Assembly (NCBI GenBank): GCA_026419195.1 | Contig: JANZZV010000012.1 | Coordinates: 1-55,732 of the forward strand | Direction of reading: 5' to 3' | Length of the DNA: 55,732 nucleotides | Source of the DNA: Fervidobacterium sp. | GTDB taxonomy: Bacteria > Thermotogota > Thermotogae > Thermotogales > Fervidobacteriaceae | Shown here: positions 20,698 through 29,324 of the stretch, piece by piece | Numbering within the stretch: the first letter of the stretch is position 1 | Layout of the letters: the number at the start of each line of letters is the position of its first letter | Notes under the pieces: model-generated | The model's input: the letters and a program-made list of their open reading frames with translations, nothing else | The model's database searches: none | Told to the model about the DNA's origin: nothing | Position numbers and translations under genes: made by a program

Positions 20698-22176
20698 CTC
20701 TTTGTCAAGAGATGGGGTGGGTATTCTGAATGCCCACCTTTTCAGTTTTATCAACCAAACATTTAATGTAATATATACCTCTTACAGGTAAATAATTTTA
20801 AAAACCCAATATTGTCTTTCCCCGCTACTTTTGCGGGTTTTAAATATTCTCTTTCTAACTCCTAACTACCACAACTGTATAAAATCCTCTTTCTAAATCT
20901 CTCAAAATTTCTATATCCAAATGCATTTCTCTTTAAAACTTTTATCTTGTTGTTAAAACCTTCTGTTGCACTATTTGTATACGGAACATCAAAAGAATTT
21001 ACTATCTCTGAAAACCAGTTCCTAAAAACCTTTATACATCTGCAAAATTCAGAAAGGCCACTTCTCTCTGCTGCCTCTATCCACTTTTTTAATTCAACTC
21101 TCGCTTCTGCTGAATTACTGCTTTCCAAAACTTTTCTAAATTCTTCCTTGAGTCTATGCGCTTTCCTTAAATCCTCACTATACCAAAACATCACTTCTAA
21201 CTCTTCTCTCTGCTCTGCTGTAAGTTCTTCATAAGACTTTAACAACAATTTCCTGCTCCTCTTGAAATATTTTCTCAAATTATCTTCTAATTCTTTCTGC
21301 ACTCTTTTCCTTACTCCTTCTGTCGCCCAATAAACATACCTTGTAAAATGAAATTTGTCTATCACTATCTTCGCATTTTTAAAATATATCTTTGCTATCT
21401 CCACAAATTGTCTCCACATATCACATATGAAATACTTTACTTTATCCCTTCCTTTTAACCCTTTAAAATATTCAATCAAAACATCTTGTCTTCTGTCTTT
21501 TAAAATTTCTACTATCTGCTTTTTCACAGGGTCCACAATTATACACTGATATTTAGCTCCACCTGCATTTCCTTTGAATTCATCTATGCATATCGCCTCA
21601 GAAGAAAAATCCTCTATTTTCTTGGTAGGACTTACCTTATCAAATAACCTCATAACTGTTGTAACTGATACATTTGTCTGTCTTGCTACCTCTTTCATAC
21701 TGCTCAAACTACTAAGCTGACTTATAATGTATGCTGCTAGTCTATTTGTCATTCTTTGACGCTTGCCCAAAAAATTTATGTGTTCAAAAAACTTCTTTCC
21801 ACATTTTTTGCAAACATATCTTCGCTTTCTTAAAACTAAATATGTTTCCTTACCCATTATTGGTACGTCCTTTACTCTTTGGACACGATAATCATGTATC
21901 TTGCTTGTGATACTACCACATTTAGGACACTCGTGAGGTTTTTGCATCTGACTTATGTGGAGTTCTACTTCCTTTTCGTTTTCTACTACTTGGTGGAGAA
22001 TGATATCTTTTGATTTCAAAAGTTCAGTGATATAATTATGATTGAGCACTTATTCTGGATGCCTCCTTTCTTTTGTGTGTTTTTTTATCCCTAAAAACAA
22101 TTTTAATTATAGCAGGCATTCAGAATAAGTGCTATATTTTTTCTTTTCTTACCACCCCAATATTTATTATAGAGCC
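20696..22176 (-). mobile_element. ISL3-family insertion sequence (1481 bp)
   Basis: IRL GGCTCTttgtcaagagaTGGGGTGGgTATTCTGAATGCC (20696-20734). IRR (reverse complement from 22176) GGCTCTataataaatatTGGGGTGG...TATTCTGAATGCC. GCAT(C/T)CAGAATAAGTGCT is repeated at the right end. No target-site duplication is visible (aaaattac vs gattttgc). Confidence 0.65.
20862..22049 (-). CDS. ISL3-family transposase
   Basis: 395 aa; N-terminal zinc-ribbon (CPKCGS...CKKCGKKF) and DDE transposase core typical of the IS204/IS1001/IS1165 group. GTG start with AAGGAGG upstream. Confidence 0.8.
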   Translation of the reverse strand: MLNHNYITELLKSKDIILHQVVENEKEVELHISQMQKPHECPKCGSITSKIHDYRVQRVKDVPIMGKETYLVLRKRRYVCKKCGKKFFEHINFLGKRQRMTNRLAAYIISQLSSLSSMKEVARQTNVSVTTVMRLFDKVSPTKKIEDFSSEAICIDEFKGNAGGAKYQCIIVDPVKKQIVEILKDRRQDVLIEYFKGLKGRDKVKYFICDMWRQFVEIAKIYFKNAKIVIDKFHFTRYVYWATEGVRKRVQKELEDNLRKYFKRSRKLLLKSYEELTAEQREELEVMFWYSEDLRKAHRLKEEFRKVLESSNSAEARVELKKWIEAAERSGLSEFCRCIKVFRNWFSEIVNSFDVPYTNSATEGFNNKIKVLKRNAFGYRNFERFRKRILYSCGS

Positions 22177-22366
22177 GATTTTGCTTGCTGATGAACCGAC
22201 AGGAAATTTAGATGAAGCTAATGAAGAGCAGATATTATCTATCTTTGAGAATATCAATAAAGAACTTCAAACCACAATAGTTGTGGTTACACATAATGAA
22301 AAGGTGGCAAAGAGAGCACAGAAAGTAATTACTATATCAAACAAAAAAATAGTTCAGGTGAGATAA
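22177..22366 (+). pseudogene. 3' fragment of an ABC-transporter ATPase (Walker B onward) truncated by the IS
   Basis: [12 protein letters not shown]...VVTHN begins exactly at the IS right end. The tracker ORF 22073-22366 starts inside the IS; the N-terminal two-thirds of the ATPase are absent. Confidence 0.7.
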
Positions 22367-22384
22367 GGAGGAAAGCAACAATCT

Positions 22385-23611
22385 ATGAGTTCAATAGTTG
22401 AGTACATAAAGTTTTCTCTGTCGAGCATAAAGAACAACAAAATAAGATTTGTACTGAGCATGTTTAACATAACCTTGGGAGTATTTTTGGTCACGGTTAT
22501 AATTATTATGGCAGGAAGTTTCAAGGATAAAATGTATACAGAAATGAAGGTTTCTGATGAAAAAGTCATAAGCATAGTGCAAGGCAGGCCTGAAAGCCGA
22601 GCAAGTTATTATTATAGTTATCCTATTTTTGATGATTCTCATATAGACATGATAAAAAAAATCTCAAGTTTGAAAAATGTTGTCGGGGTAAAAGTGTGGT
22701 CGCCTGATAGCATTACGGCTGTAAATAGTAAAGGTCAGAGAAAAAGCGTCTTTACTCGTATTATAGGAACGAAAAAACTCTTTTTAGACAATTTAGGTGC
22801 AATTATAGAGCATGGACGAATTTTTAAAAAAGGCAACGAAGTGGTTATAGGTGCAAAGATAGCAGAAATAGGGAGTATTCAAGTTGGCGATAAGATTGAA
22901 ATTGAAGACAGCAACAGAAAGTATATATTTACAGTATGTGGTATTCTCAAACTGCAAAAGCCACAGATGTTTTCAGATACCCCTGATTTGATCAATTTTA
23001 TGATAGCAGCACCTGTTGATATAGATGCATTTAGCAATAAAAAGTATGGGATGATAAGTGCAAAAGTCAATAGTATCAATTTTCTAGAAAGTACATGTAA
23101 AGAAATAGAAAGAATACTGAATAGCGACAATTTAATAAAGAGTGAGTTAAAAGGATGGGGTTTGAGTGTTATTGCAGTGTCAAGAATGGACGTTCTCAAA
23201 GCAATTAATAACTGGTTTAGGTATATATATTTCTTTATACTAGTTGTAATTATAATGGTATCTTTAATTTCTGTAGCTAACATTACAAACACAATGATTA
23301 CAACAGTATATGAAAGGTATCAAGAAATAGGAATTATGAAAGTTGTCGGTGCATCAAATTTACAAATAGCTGCATTTTATATTTTTGAATGTGCCATTAT
23401 TGGAATTTTAGGAACATTTATAGGGTTAATTCCAGGAATCTTGCTGTCAAGATTACTAGTTTATATAATTAAGTGGAATTATATTACTGACAATACGCTG
23501 CTATTTATAACCTGTACTGTGATGGGACTAATTTCCCCACTGTTAGCAGGCTATTTAGCTTCGCGAAAAGCAGTGAAATTGCAGCTAATAAATGCTTTGT
23601 ACAAAGAATAA
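22385..23611 (+). CDS. ABC-transporter permease, MacB/FtsX family
   Basis: 408 aa; N-terminal TM helix, large periplasmic domain and C-terminal FtsX-like 3-TM bundle. AAGGAGGAAAG SD. Confidence 0.8.
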   Translation: MSSIVEYIKFSLSSIKNNKIRFVLSMFNITLGVFLVTVIIIMAGSFKDKMYTEMKVSDEKVISIVQGRPESRASYYYSYPIFDDSHIDMIKKISSLKNVVGVKVWSPDSITAVNSKGQRKSVFTRIIGTKKLFLDNLGAIIEHGRIFKKGNEVVIGAKIAEIGSIQVGDKIEIEDSNRKYIFTVCGILKLQKPQMFSDTPDLINFMIAAPVDIDAFSNKKYGMISAKVNSINFLESTCKEIERILNSDNLIKSELKGWGLSVIAVSRMDVLKAINNWFRYIYFFILVVIIMVSLISVANITNTMITTVYERYQEIGIMKVVGASNLQIAAFYIFECAIIGILGTFIGLIPGILLSRLLVYIIKWNYITDNTLLFITCTVMGLISPLLAGYLASRKAVKLQLINALYKE

Positions 23612-23632
23612 GCACAGGGAGGACAGAAGTTT

Positions 23633-24538
23633 ATGAGTGTTCATATTTATAACCTAGACGATAAGTATATTTTGTTTAATCATGAACAGTTAAAATACTT
23701 TTTGCTTCCACCAAAGCTTGGAGAGCAGTTGTTAAAGCTTGACGAGAATGAGAAAGAGAGATTGATAAGCAGTTTAAAAGAAAATTTTTACTTCAATGGG
23801 AGTAATGAAATTACTCAGGAAGAAAAAGAAGATGATGTTTGTTCTAGGTTAATATTAGTGATATCGCAAGCATGTAATCTTAGTTGTTCTTATTGTTACG
23901 CTCACGGAGGTTCATACGGCAAACAGAGTGGAAACTTTTTTATGGATTTTGAAACAGCAAAAAATTCAGTTGTTTTCTTTACAAAAACTTTTGCCAAGGG
24001 TATAAAGTCAATTCAGTTTTTTGGTGGAGAGCCACTACTTAATTTAGATTTAATTGAAAGATTGTGTTATTGGGTCAACGAATACTATTCATCTATTGGA
24101 TTAAATACACCAAAATTTTCTATTTCGACAAATGGAACATTAATAAATGAAAAAGCAATAGAACTTTTTAACAGTTATAATATAGGGGTAACAGTAAGTC
24201 TTGATGGAGATAAAGGTATCAATGATGAGCATAGAAAATACAAAAATGTTAAAAGAAGTGTTCATGAAGACGTTGTAAAAATAATTAACCTTATGAACAA
24301 GATAAGAAATTTTAAATTAGGCATAGAAATGACAGTTACAAATAAGCATATAGAAAACTTTAAAGATAATCCAGATTTTGCATTGGGGTTGGTAAAACAT
24401 TTTCACAATTTAAAAATTGATTTTATACATTTTGCTCCGATAATTGGTGAATGGAATTCTAATTTAACGATTGTAGATGAAAAATCATTAGCAAATTTTT
24501 TTGATGATATTGATAAGACTGTTTTTAGCTTCTTCTGA
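23633..24538 (+). pseudogene. N-terminal ~300 aa of a radical-SAM/SPASM peptide maturase (radical SAM core only)
   Basis: CNLSCSYC (CxxxCxxC) with a ~70-aa N-terminal extension (possible RiPP-recognition element). AGGGAGGA SD. The ORF runs out in sequence antisense to the MCP gene; the SPASM continuation is at 18628-19074. Confidence 0.65.
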
Positions 24539-26245
24539 TTGTCTTGCTGCTTGTTCTATGACTTCTACGCTTTCGTTTGTAGCTATACTTGCTTTTTCAG
24601 AACCTTGTTGTATCTCCCTAAGTATTTCTCCTATCTTGTTAGTTGAATTCTTACTTTCTTCGGCTAACTTTCTTATCTCATCGGCAACAACTGCAAAACC
24701 ACGACCTGCTTCACCAGCTCTTGCGGCTTCAATGGCTGCGTTGAGTGCAAGTAGGTTCGTTTGTTCAGCTATAGAATTTATGGTATCAACTATTTCTTGA
24801 ATGTTTCTTGCTTTGTTACTTAATTCACTAACTACCTGGGCAGTTATTATCGATTTTTCTTTCGTTTTCAATATTGTTTGCGAAATAGCGTTTATCTTGT
24901 CTTCCCCATCCTTAGCAGCCATGTTTACCTGCGTTGATTTTTTGGAGAGCTCTTGTGCCGATTTAGCGACATGTTGGGCACTTGCGGTAATTTCCTCTAT
25001 ACCGCTGTTAACTTCTTCGACAGAAGCAGATGAGTTTTGCAGCGATGAGTTTATCTCTTCTATTTCTCTTGATAAATCAGCGATGGTTTTGTCTAAACTT
25101 TGGGAGATCTTTTGCAAGTCTTTTGATGAAGAATTTACTAAGTTTGAGTCTTGAAGAATTTCGGAAAGTATTATTTTTAAGTTAACTTTCATATTCTCCA
25201 GAGAATTTGCCATTTTCGCTATCTCATCTTTACCTTTAACTGAAAATTCAACATTCAGATTTCCTGTGCCAAATAATTCTATCTTTTCTGCAAGAACTTT
25301 CACAGGTTTTACTATCAAGCTGCTGACAAAGAGGATAAGGATAGCGATGGAAACTATTACAATACCGAAGATTGTTACTATCAACACTATAGAAGTTCGA
25401 ACGCGGGCTAAGTAGATATCTTCTGGTACAGAAATCAGCACTGACCAGTCACTTTCACCTTTTAAAGGCGAGTAAAAAACGTAAGCGTTTTTTCCATCTG
25501 GTGTTTTAACTATGCTTTTTCCTTGTTTTTTTTGCTTAATATCCTGCCATATCTTTTCAAAACCTTTGCCTCTTACATTGCTGATGTTTAAGTTCATTAC
25601 ATAATCTTTATTCTTATGGTATATAACCTTTCCAACACGATCGATTACAATGATTTCCCCAATTTCCAATTTCAGCTGATCGACTAATTTGTTCAGATAT
25701 TCAAGGTCAAGACCTAGACCGAACAATCCTACGATTTTGTTTTCCATATTCTTGACAGCACACGTCACAACGAAAATGTTTTTTCCCGTACTTTTAGATA
25801 CGAGTCCTTCGCTTACGAATACTTCCTTACCTTCTATCATAATTGCTTTGAAATAATCTCTGTCGGAAACATTCGATACAGCACCTGTAGTGTTTGGGGC
25901 TTTACCATCTGGATAAGCTAACAAATACATAAGAAGTTCTTCTCTTTTCTCAGCCCGTGGCTTCAATTCTAAATTGACAATTTCTTGATATTCCCCGGAT
26001 TCCAAAGCCTGAATAATCGATTTTTCTTCGGCAAAAGCTTTTGCTTCCTTTATTTCACTGGTAATCCATTTTTCAAGTATTGCAGCTGAAGAAGTTGCTA
26101 CTTGAGAGAGTGTCTGTTCTTGCCATGAATTTGTCGATATTTGGAGTCTAATGTAAACCAGTATGGCAAAGACAATAAGTAATATAACAATTGGCAAAAG
26201 GATGGTAACTAAAAGCTTTTGCCTAAGACTTTTGAAACCTTCCAT
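24488..26245 (-). CDS. Methyl-accepting chemotaxis protein lacking its last ~90 aa
   Basis: Likely start ATG 26245 (AAGGGGG SD, 8 nt); the tracker start is 26287. Has TM1, a Cache-like sensor, TM2, HAMP and the signalling domain ([34 protein letters not shown]). It ends ~45 aa after this motif where ~140 aa are expected. Confidence 0.8.
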   Translation of the reverse strand: MEGFKSLRQKLLVTILLPIVILLIVFAILVYIRLQISTNSWQEQTLSQVATSSAAILEKWITSEIKEAKAFAEEKSIIQALESGEYQEIVNLELKPRAEKREELLMYLLAYPDGKAPNTTGAVSNVSDRDYFKAIMIEGKEVFVSEGLVSKSTGKNIFVVTCAVKNMENKIVGLFGLGLDLEYLNKLVDQLKLEIGEIIVIDRVGKVIYHKNKDYVMNLNISNVRGKGFEKIWQDIKQKKQGKSIVKTPDGKNAYVFYSPLKGESDWSVLISVPEDIYLARVRTSIVLIVTIFGIVIVSIAILILFVSSLIVKPVKVLAEKIELFGTGNLNVEFSVKGKDEIAKMANSLENMKVNLKIILSEILQDSNLVNSSSKDLQKISQSLDKTIADLSREIEEINSSLQNSSASVEEVNSGIEEITASAQHVAKSAQELSKKSTQVNMAAKDGEDKINAISQTILKTKEKSIITAQVVSELSNKARNIQEIVDTINSIAEQTNLLALNAAIEAARAGEAGRGFAVVADEIRKLAEESKNSTNKIGEILREIQQGSEKASIATNESVEVIEQAARQSEEAKNSLINIIKKIC

Positions 26246-26373
26246 TTTAACTACCCCCTTTACACAGGATTTAAATAAAAATAACAAGACTTTTTTGAAA
26301 TAATTATATCATAAATCAAATGGAAACAAAATTTTTATAAAATGTCTTTCTAAGAAGATTTATAAAATGCACA

Positions 26374-26402
26374 TTGACAAATTTCTTGTTTTTTGATAAT
26401 AT
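26374..26402 (+). promoter_or_regulatory. Near-consensus sigma70 promoter of the aromatic supraoperon leader
   Basis: TTGACA(26374-26379)-17 nt-TAATAT(26397-26402) with an extended -10 TGa. Confidence 0.6.
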
Positions 26403-26445
26403 AACTAAAAATAGGCTATTGTAAGGAACTGTTGGAGGGTTAGCT

Positions 26446-26580
26446 TTGGAAAATGGTACTTTACTTTGTGTTGTGACGTTTATTGGAAATATTTGTGAGA
26501 ACAACTCAATATCTGTTAATTACTGGTGGTTTTATTACTATGCAGGAGTGCACCTACGGCCTCCTGCGGTTTTGTCGTAG
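26446..26580 (+). CDS. Aromatic supraoperon leader peptide (44 aa, MENGTLLCVVTFIGNICENNSISVNYWWFYYYAGVHLRPPAVLS)
   Basis: TTG start 6 nt after GGAGGG (26434-26439). Codons 26-32 are TAC TGG TGG TTT TAT TAC TAT (26521-26541), i.e. seven consecutive Tyr/Trp/Phe codons. TAG at 26578. Confidence 0.65.
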   Translation: MENGTLLCVVTFIGNICENNSISVNYWWFYYYAGVHLRPPAVLS

Positions 26581-26609
26581 ACAAAACCACCAGGAGAAAG
26601 GTAAAAAAA

Positions 26610-26650
26610 CCGTGGGTGCACGATACTAAGAGTGCACCCACGGTTTTTTT
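26610..26650 (+). terminator. Intrinsic terminator of the aro leader (attenuator)
   Basis: CCGTGGGTGCAC-gatactaaga-GTGCACCCACGG + TTTTTTT, 35 nt before the aroF start. Confidence 0.75.
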
Positions 26651-26684
26651 ATAAACTTGACATAATTTTGTGGAGGTGTGGTGT

Positions 26685-27554
26685 ATGACGGGGTTAAAGT
26701 ATGCGCTTAAAATTGACAGTAACCACAAAACCATAGTTGATGTTTCAAACGTACGATTTGGAGAAGACTTTGTTATCATAGCCGGTCCGTGTGCTGTTGA
26801 AAGTGAGGAGCAGACAATTAAGACCGCTATTGCCGTCAAAGACGCAGGTGCCAATATGTTGAGAGGGGGTATTTTTAAGCCGCGCACATCACCTTATTCT
26901 TTTCAAGGACTGGGACTGAAAGGATTGAAAATACTGAAAAAGGCTTCAGAAATTACAGGATTACCCATCGTAACGGAAGTACTTGATCCGAGAGATGTAT
27001 ATTGGGTGGCAGAATACGCCGATATGATTCAGATAGGTGCAAGAAACATGCAGAATTTTTCTCTTCTAAAAGAGGTTGGAAAAGCAGGTAAACCAGTACT
27101 TCTGAAAAGGGGGATGCATTCAACGCTTAGTGATCTGTTGAATAGTGCAGAGTATATACTCTCTGAGGGAAACGATAAAGTTGTTTTGTGTGAGAGAGGA
27201 ATAAGAACTTTTGAAAACTACACAAGAAACACACTTGACATCAGTGCTGTTCCCGCTTTAAGAGAACTAACACATCTTCCTGTGATTGTTGATCCCTCTC
27301 ATGCCGCTGGGAAGTCTTCTTTAGTTACTCCCCTTGCACAAGCTGCAGCTGCAGTTGGAGCCGATGGATTGATTGTTGAAGTGCATATTTGTCCTGAAAA
27401 GGCTCTATCTGATAAAGAGCAGGCACTTACCCCCAAAGAATTCAAAAGCCTTGTACAAAGAGTTTTGAGTATCAAAAGCACGTTAGAGGTCTTTGAGGAT
27501 GATCTTGTTCAAAGCGAACTTTCATCGATAACAAGGATTGATGTTGATGGATGA
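26685..27554 (+). CDS. aroF: 3-deoxy-7-phosphoheptulonate (DAHP) synthase, type I-beta (KDO8PS-like), no N-terminal regulatory domain
   Basis: Motif [17 protein letters not shown] 26685 preceded by GGAGGTG; the tracker's GTG 26670 start is unlikely. Confidence 0.85.
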   Translation: MTGLKYALKIDSNHKTIVDVSNVRFGEDFVIIAGPCAVESEEQTIKTAIAVKDAGANMLRGGIFKPRTSPYSFQGLGLKGLKILKKASEITGLPIVTEVLDPRDVYWVAEYADMIQIGARNMQNFSLLKEVGKAGKPVLLKRGMHSTLSDLLNSAEYILSEGNDKVVLCERGIRTFENYTRNTLDISAVPALRELTHLPVIVDPSHAAGKSSLVTPLAQAAAAVGADGLIVEVHICPEKALSDKEQALTPKEFKSLVQRVLSIKSTLEVFEDDLVQSELSSITRIDVDG

Positions 27555-28608
27555 GGTTTTGAGATTATTCGATTCTTCTATTATCTTTTTTGAGAATAAG
27601 GTTTCTATCACCAGTTTTATAAAAAACGTATCAAGTAAGCTTTGCGTAATTGCGGATAAGACCGTCATGGAATTTTACGGTGATTTCATAAACTCTTTAG
27701 AAGCTGATTGCTTGATAGCTTTGAAAGGTGAAGATAGTAAGAATTTGGAAAGGATCTTACCTATTTACGAAAATTTGATTGCGCATTGTGTAGACAAAAC
27801 ATGGTTTGTATTAGGTGTTGGTGGCGGAATGGTGTGTGATGTTACGGGTTTTGTTGCTTCAACTTATATGAGGGGATTACACTTTGGATTTGTGCCAACC
27901 ACTCTTTTAAGTATGGTAGATGCCGCAATTGGTGGTAAGAATGGTTTAAACTTAAAGGTTTACAAAAACATAATCGGTACCATAAATTTGCCTGATTTCG
28001 TTTGTGTGTGTCCAGAGTTTTTAACTACATTACCACCTGATGAATTTCGAAATGGTATGGCCGAGGTTATAAAAGCTGGAGCTATTAAGGATAGGTTCTT
28101 ATTTGAAATACTCGAAAGTGAAGAAAATATACATAATAAATTGCCGGAGATCGTTAAGTTATCGATACAGATGAAAATAGAAGTTGTTAGGAACGATCTC
28201 AAGGATAGTAACATAAGAAAAGTTTTGAATTTTGGACATACAGTAGGTCACGCTATTGAATTAACACTCAATTTAAAACATGGATTTGCAGTGAGTATCG
28301 GTATGGTTTTGGAAACTATTGTTGGCATTTTATTGTTTGGTGTTGAAGAATGTGTTGCTTTACGTATAGTAGGTTTGTTGAGAAAGTTTGGCTTGCCCAC
28401 TTGTGTGGATCTGGATGGTTTCGAGGAAGAAATCTTCAAAGTAATTTTACACGATAAGAAAAGCCAAGATGAGAATATAGAACTGGTTTGTGTGAGGGAG
28501 ATTGGAAGTTCCGAATTGATAAGCGTTGAAAAATCAAAGCTTTTGGAGGGCTTAAGATGGGCATTCAAAAGGCAAGTGGATTTAAAGAAGTTATCTGCGC
28601 AAGTGTAG
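27541..28608 (+). CDS. aroB: 3-dehydroquinate synthase
   Basis: Motif [15 protein letters not shown]...GGKNG, the DHQS NAD-binding and active-site signatures. Confidence 0.85.
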   Translation: MLMDEVLRLFDSSIIFFENKVSITSFIKNVSSKLCVIADKTVMEFYGDFINSLEADCLIALKGEDSKNLERILPIYENLIAHCVDKTWFVLGVGGGMVCDVTGFVASTYMRGLHFGFVPTTLLSMVDAAIGGKNGLNLKVYKNIIGTINLPDFVCVCPEFLTTLPPDEFRNGMAEVIKAGAIKDRFLFEILESEENIHNKLPEIVKLSIQMKIEVVRNDLKDSNIRKVLNFGHTVGHAIELTLNLKHGFAVSIGMVLETIVGILLFGVEECVALRIVGLLRKFGLPTCVDLDGFEEEIFKVILHDKKSQDENIELVCVREIGSSELISVEKSKLLEGLRWAFKRQVDLKKLSAQV

Positions 28609-29282
28609 GTTATTGCCGTTATGACATATTGTATGAAATTGACCAGCGATTTCCATTTTACGAAATAAGAGTTGACTTAATCGATTTCGAAACAACGGAT
28701 GTTGAATTAATAATAACTAAATTGAAAGATTTTCTGAAATTCAAGAAAAACAAATGCGTGGTTACATGTCGAGAGGGGAGTTTGAGTTCCGAGGAATGTT
28801 TCAAGATCTTGAAATCAGCAATTGAAAATGGTGCTGATTTCATAGATGTAGATTTGGGCTTCCAGTTTGACTTAAACTCTGAGCTGAGAAAACTTGCAAG
28901 ACGTTCTTCTGTAAAGTACATTAGTTCTTTTCACAATTACAAAGGTACAGATGAATTGGAGTTTTTGAAAAAGAAAGTAAACGAAGCTTTTGAAATTTTT
29001 GATCCTGATTTTGTGAAGATAGCTACTTTCGTAACGAGTAAAGAGGAGATGTTTACTCTTCTTCAACTGTGCGAACCTAAGATTATCATCGTAGGAATGG
29101 GAGAGATTGGTAGACTTGTCCGCCTTTTCTCCATTATTTTTGGTAGTCCTTTTACCTATTCAGCTGCATTGCAGCCTACGGCTCCGTATCAACCATCTTA
29201 CGATGAATTGTTAAAACTTTTAGAGGATATTGAGAATTATTCACTTGGAGCATTAAAAAATCACAGTGTACAAGTTAGTTGA
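28557..29282 (+). CDS. aroD: 3-dehydroquinate dehydratase, type I
   Basis: 241-aa TIM-barrel protein; operon position between aroB and aroE. GGAGGG SD 6 nt before the ATG; overlaps the aroB 3' end by 52 nt. Confidence 0.6.
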   Translation: MGIQKASGFKEVICASVGYCRYDILYEIDQRFPFYEIRVDLIDFETTDVELIITKLKDFLKFKKNKCVVTCREGSLSSEECFKILKSAIENGADFIDVDLGFQFDLNSELRKLARRSSVKYISSFHNYKGTDELEFLKKKVNEAFEIFDPDFVKIATFVTSKEEMFTLLQLCEPKIIIVGMGEIGRLVRLFSIIFGSPFTYSAALQPTAPYQPSYDELLKLLEDIENYSLGALKNHSVQVS

Positions 29283-29324
29283 TGTTTGAAACATATATTT
29301 TGAATTACCTGGGGGTGGGGTTTT

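Noticed and set aside
20597-20740. CRISPR array?
   Set aside because: Only ~2.5 degenerate 50-bp units with no unique spacers; the units are copies of the adjacent IS terminus.
22073-22176. 5' 35 codons of the tracker's 97-aa ABC ORF (start 22073)
   Set aside because: That part lies inside the IS right end (it includes the IRR); only 22177-22366 is ABC-derived.
26453-26476. Mini-ORF MVLYFVL (ATG 26453) as the aro leader peptide
   Set aside because: It has only two aromatic codons and stops 44 nt before any structured element. The overlapping TTG-initiated 44-codon frame has a better-placed SD and carries seven consecutive aromatic codons inside the regulatory stem.
26516-26887. 123-aa minus-strand ORF spanning the aro leader and aroF 5' end (also 26316-26504-)
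   Set aside because: It is antisense to the attenuator structures and to conserved DAHP synthase sequence, and has no SD.
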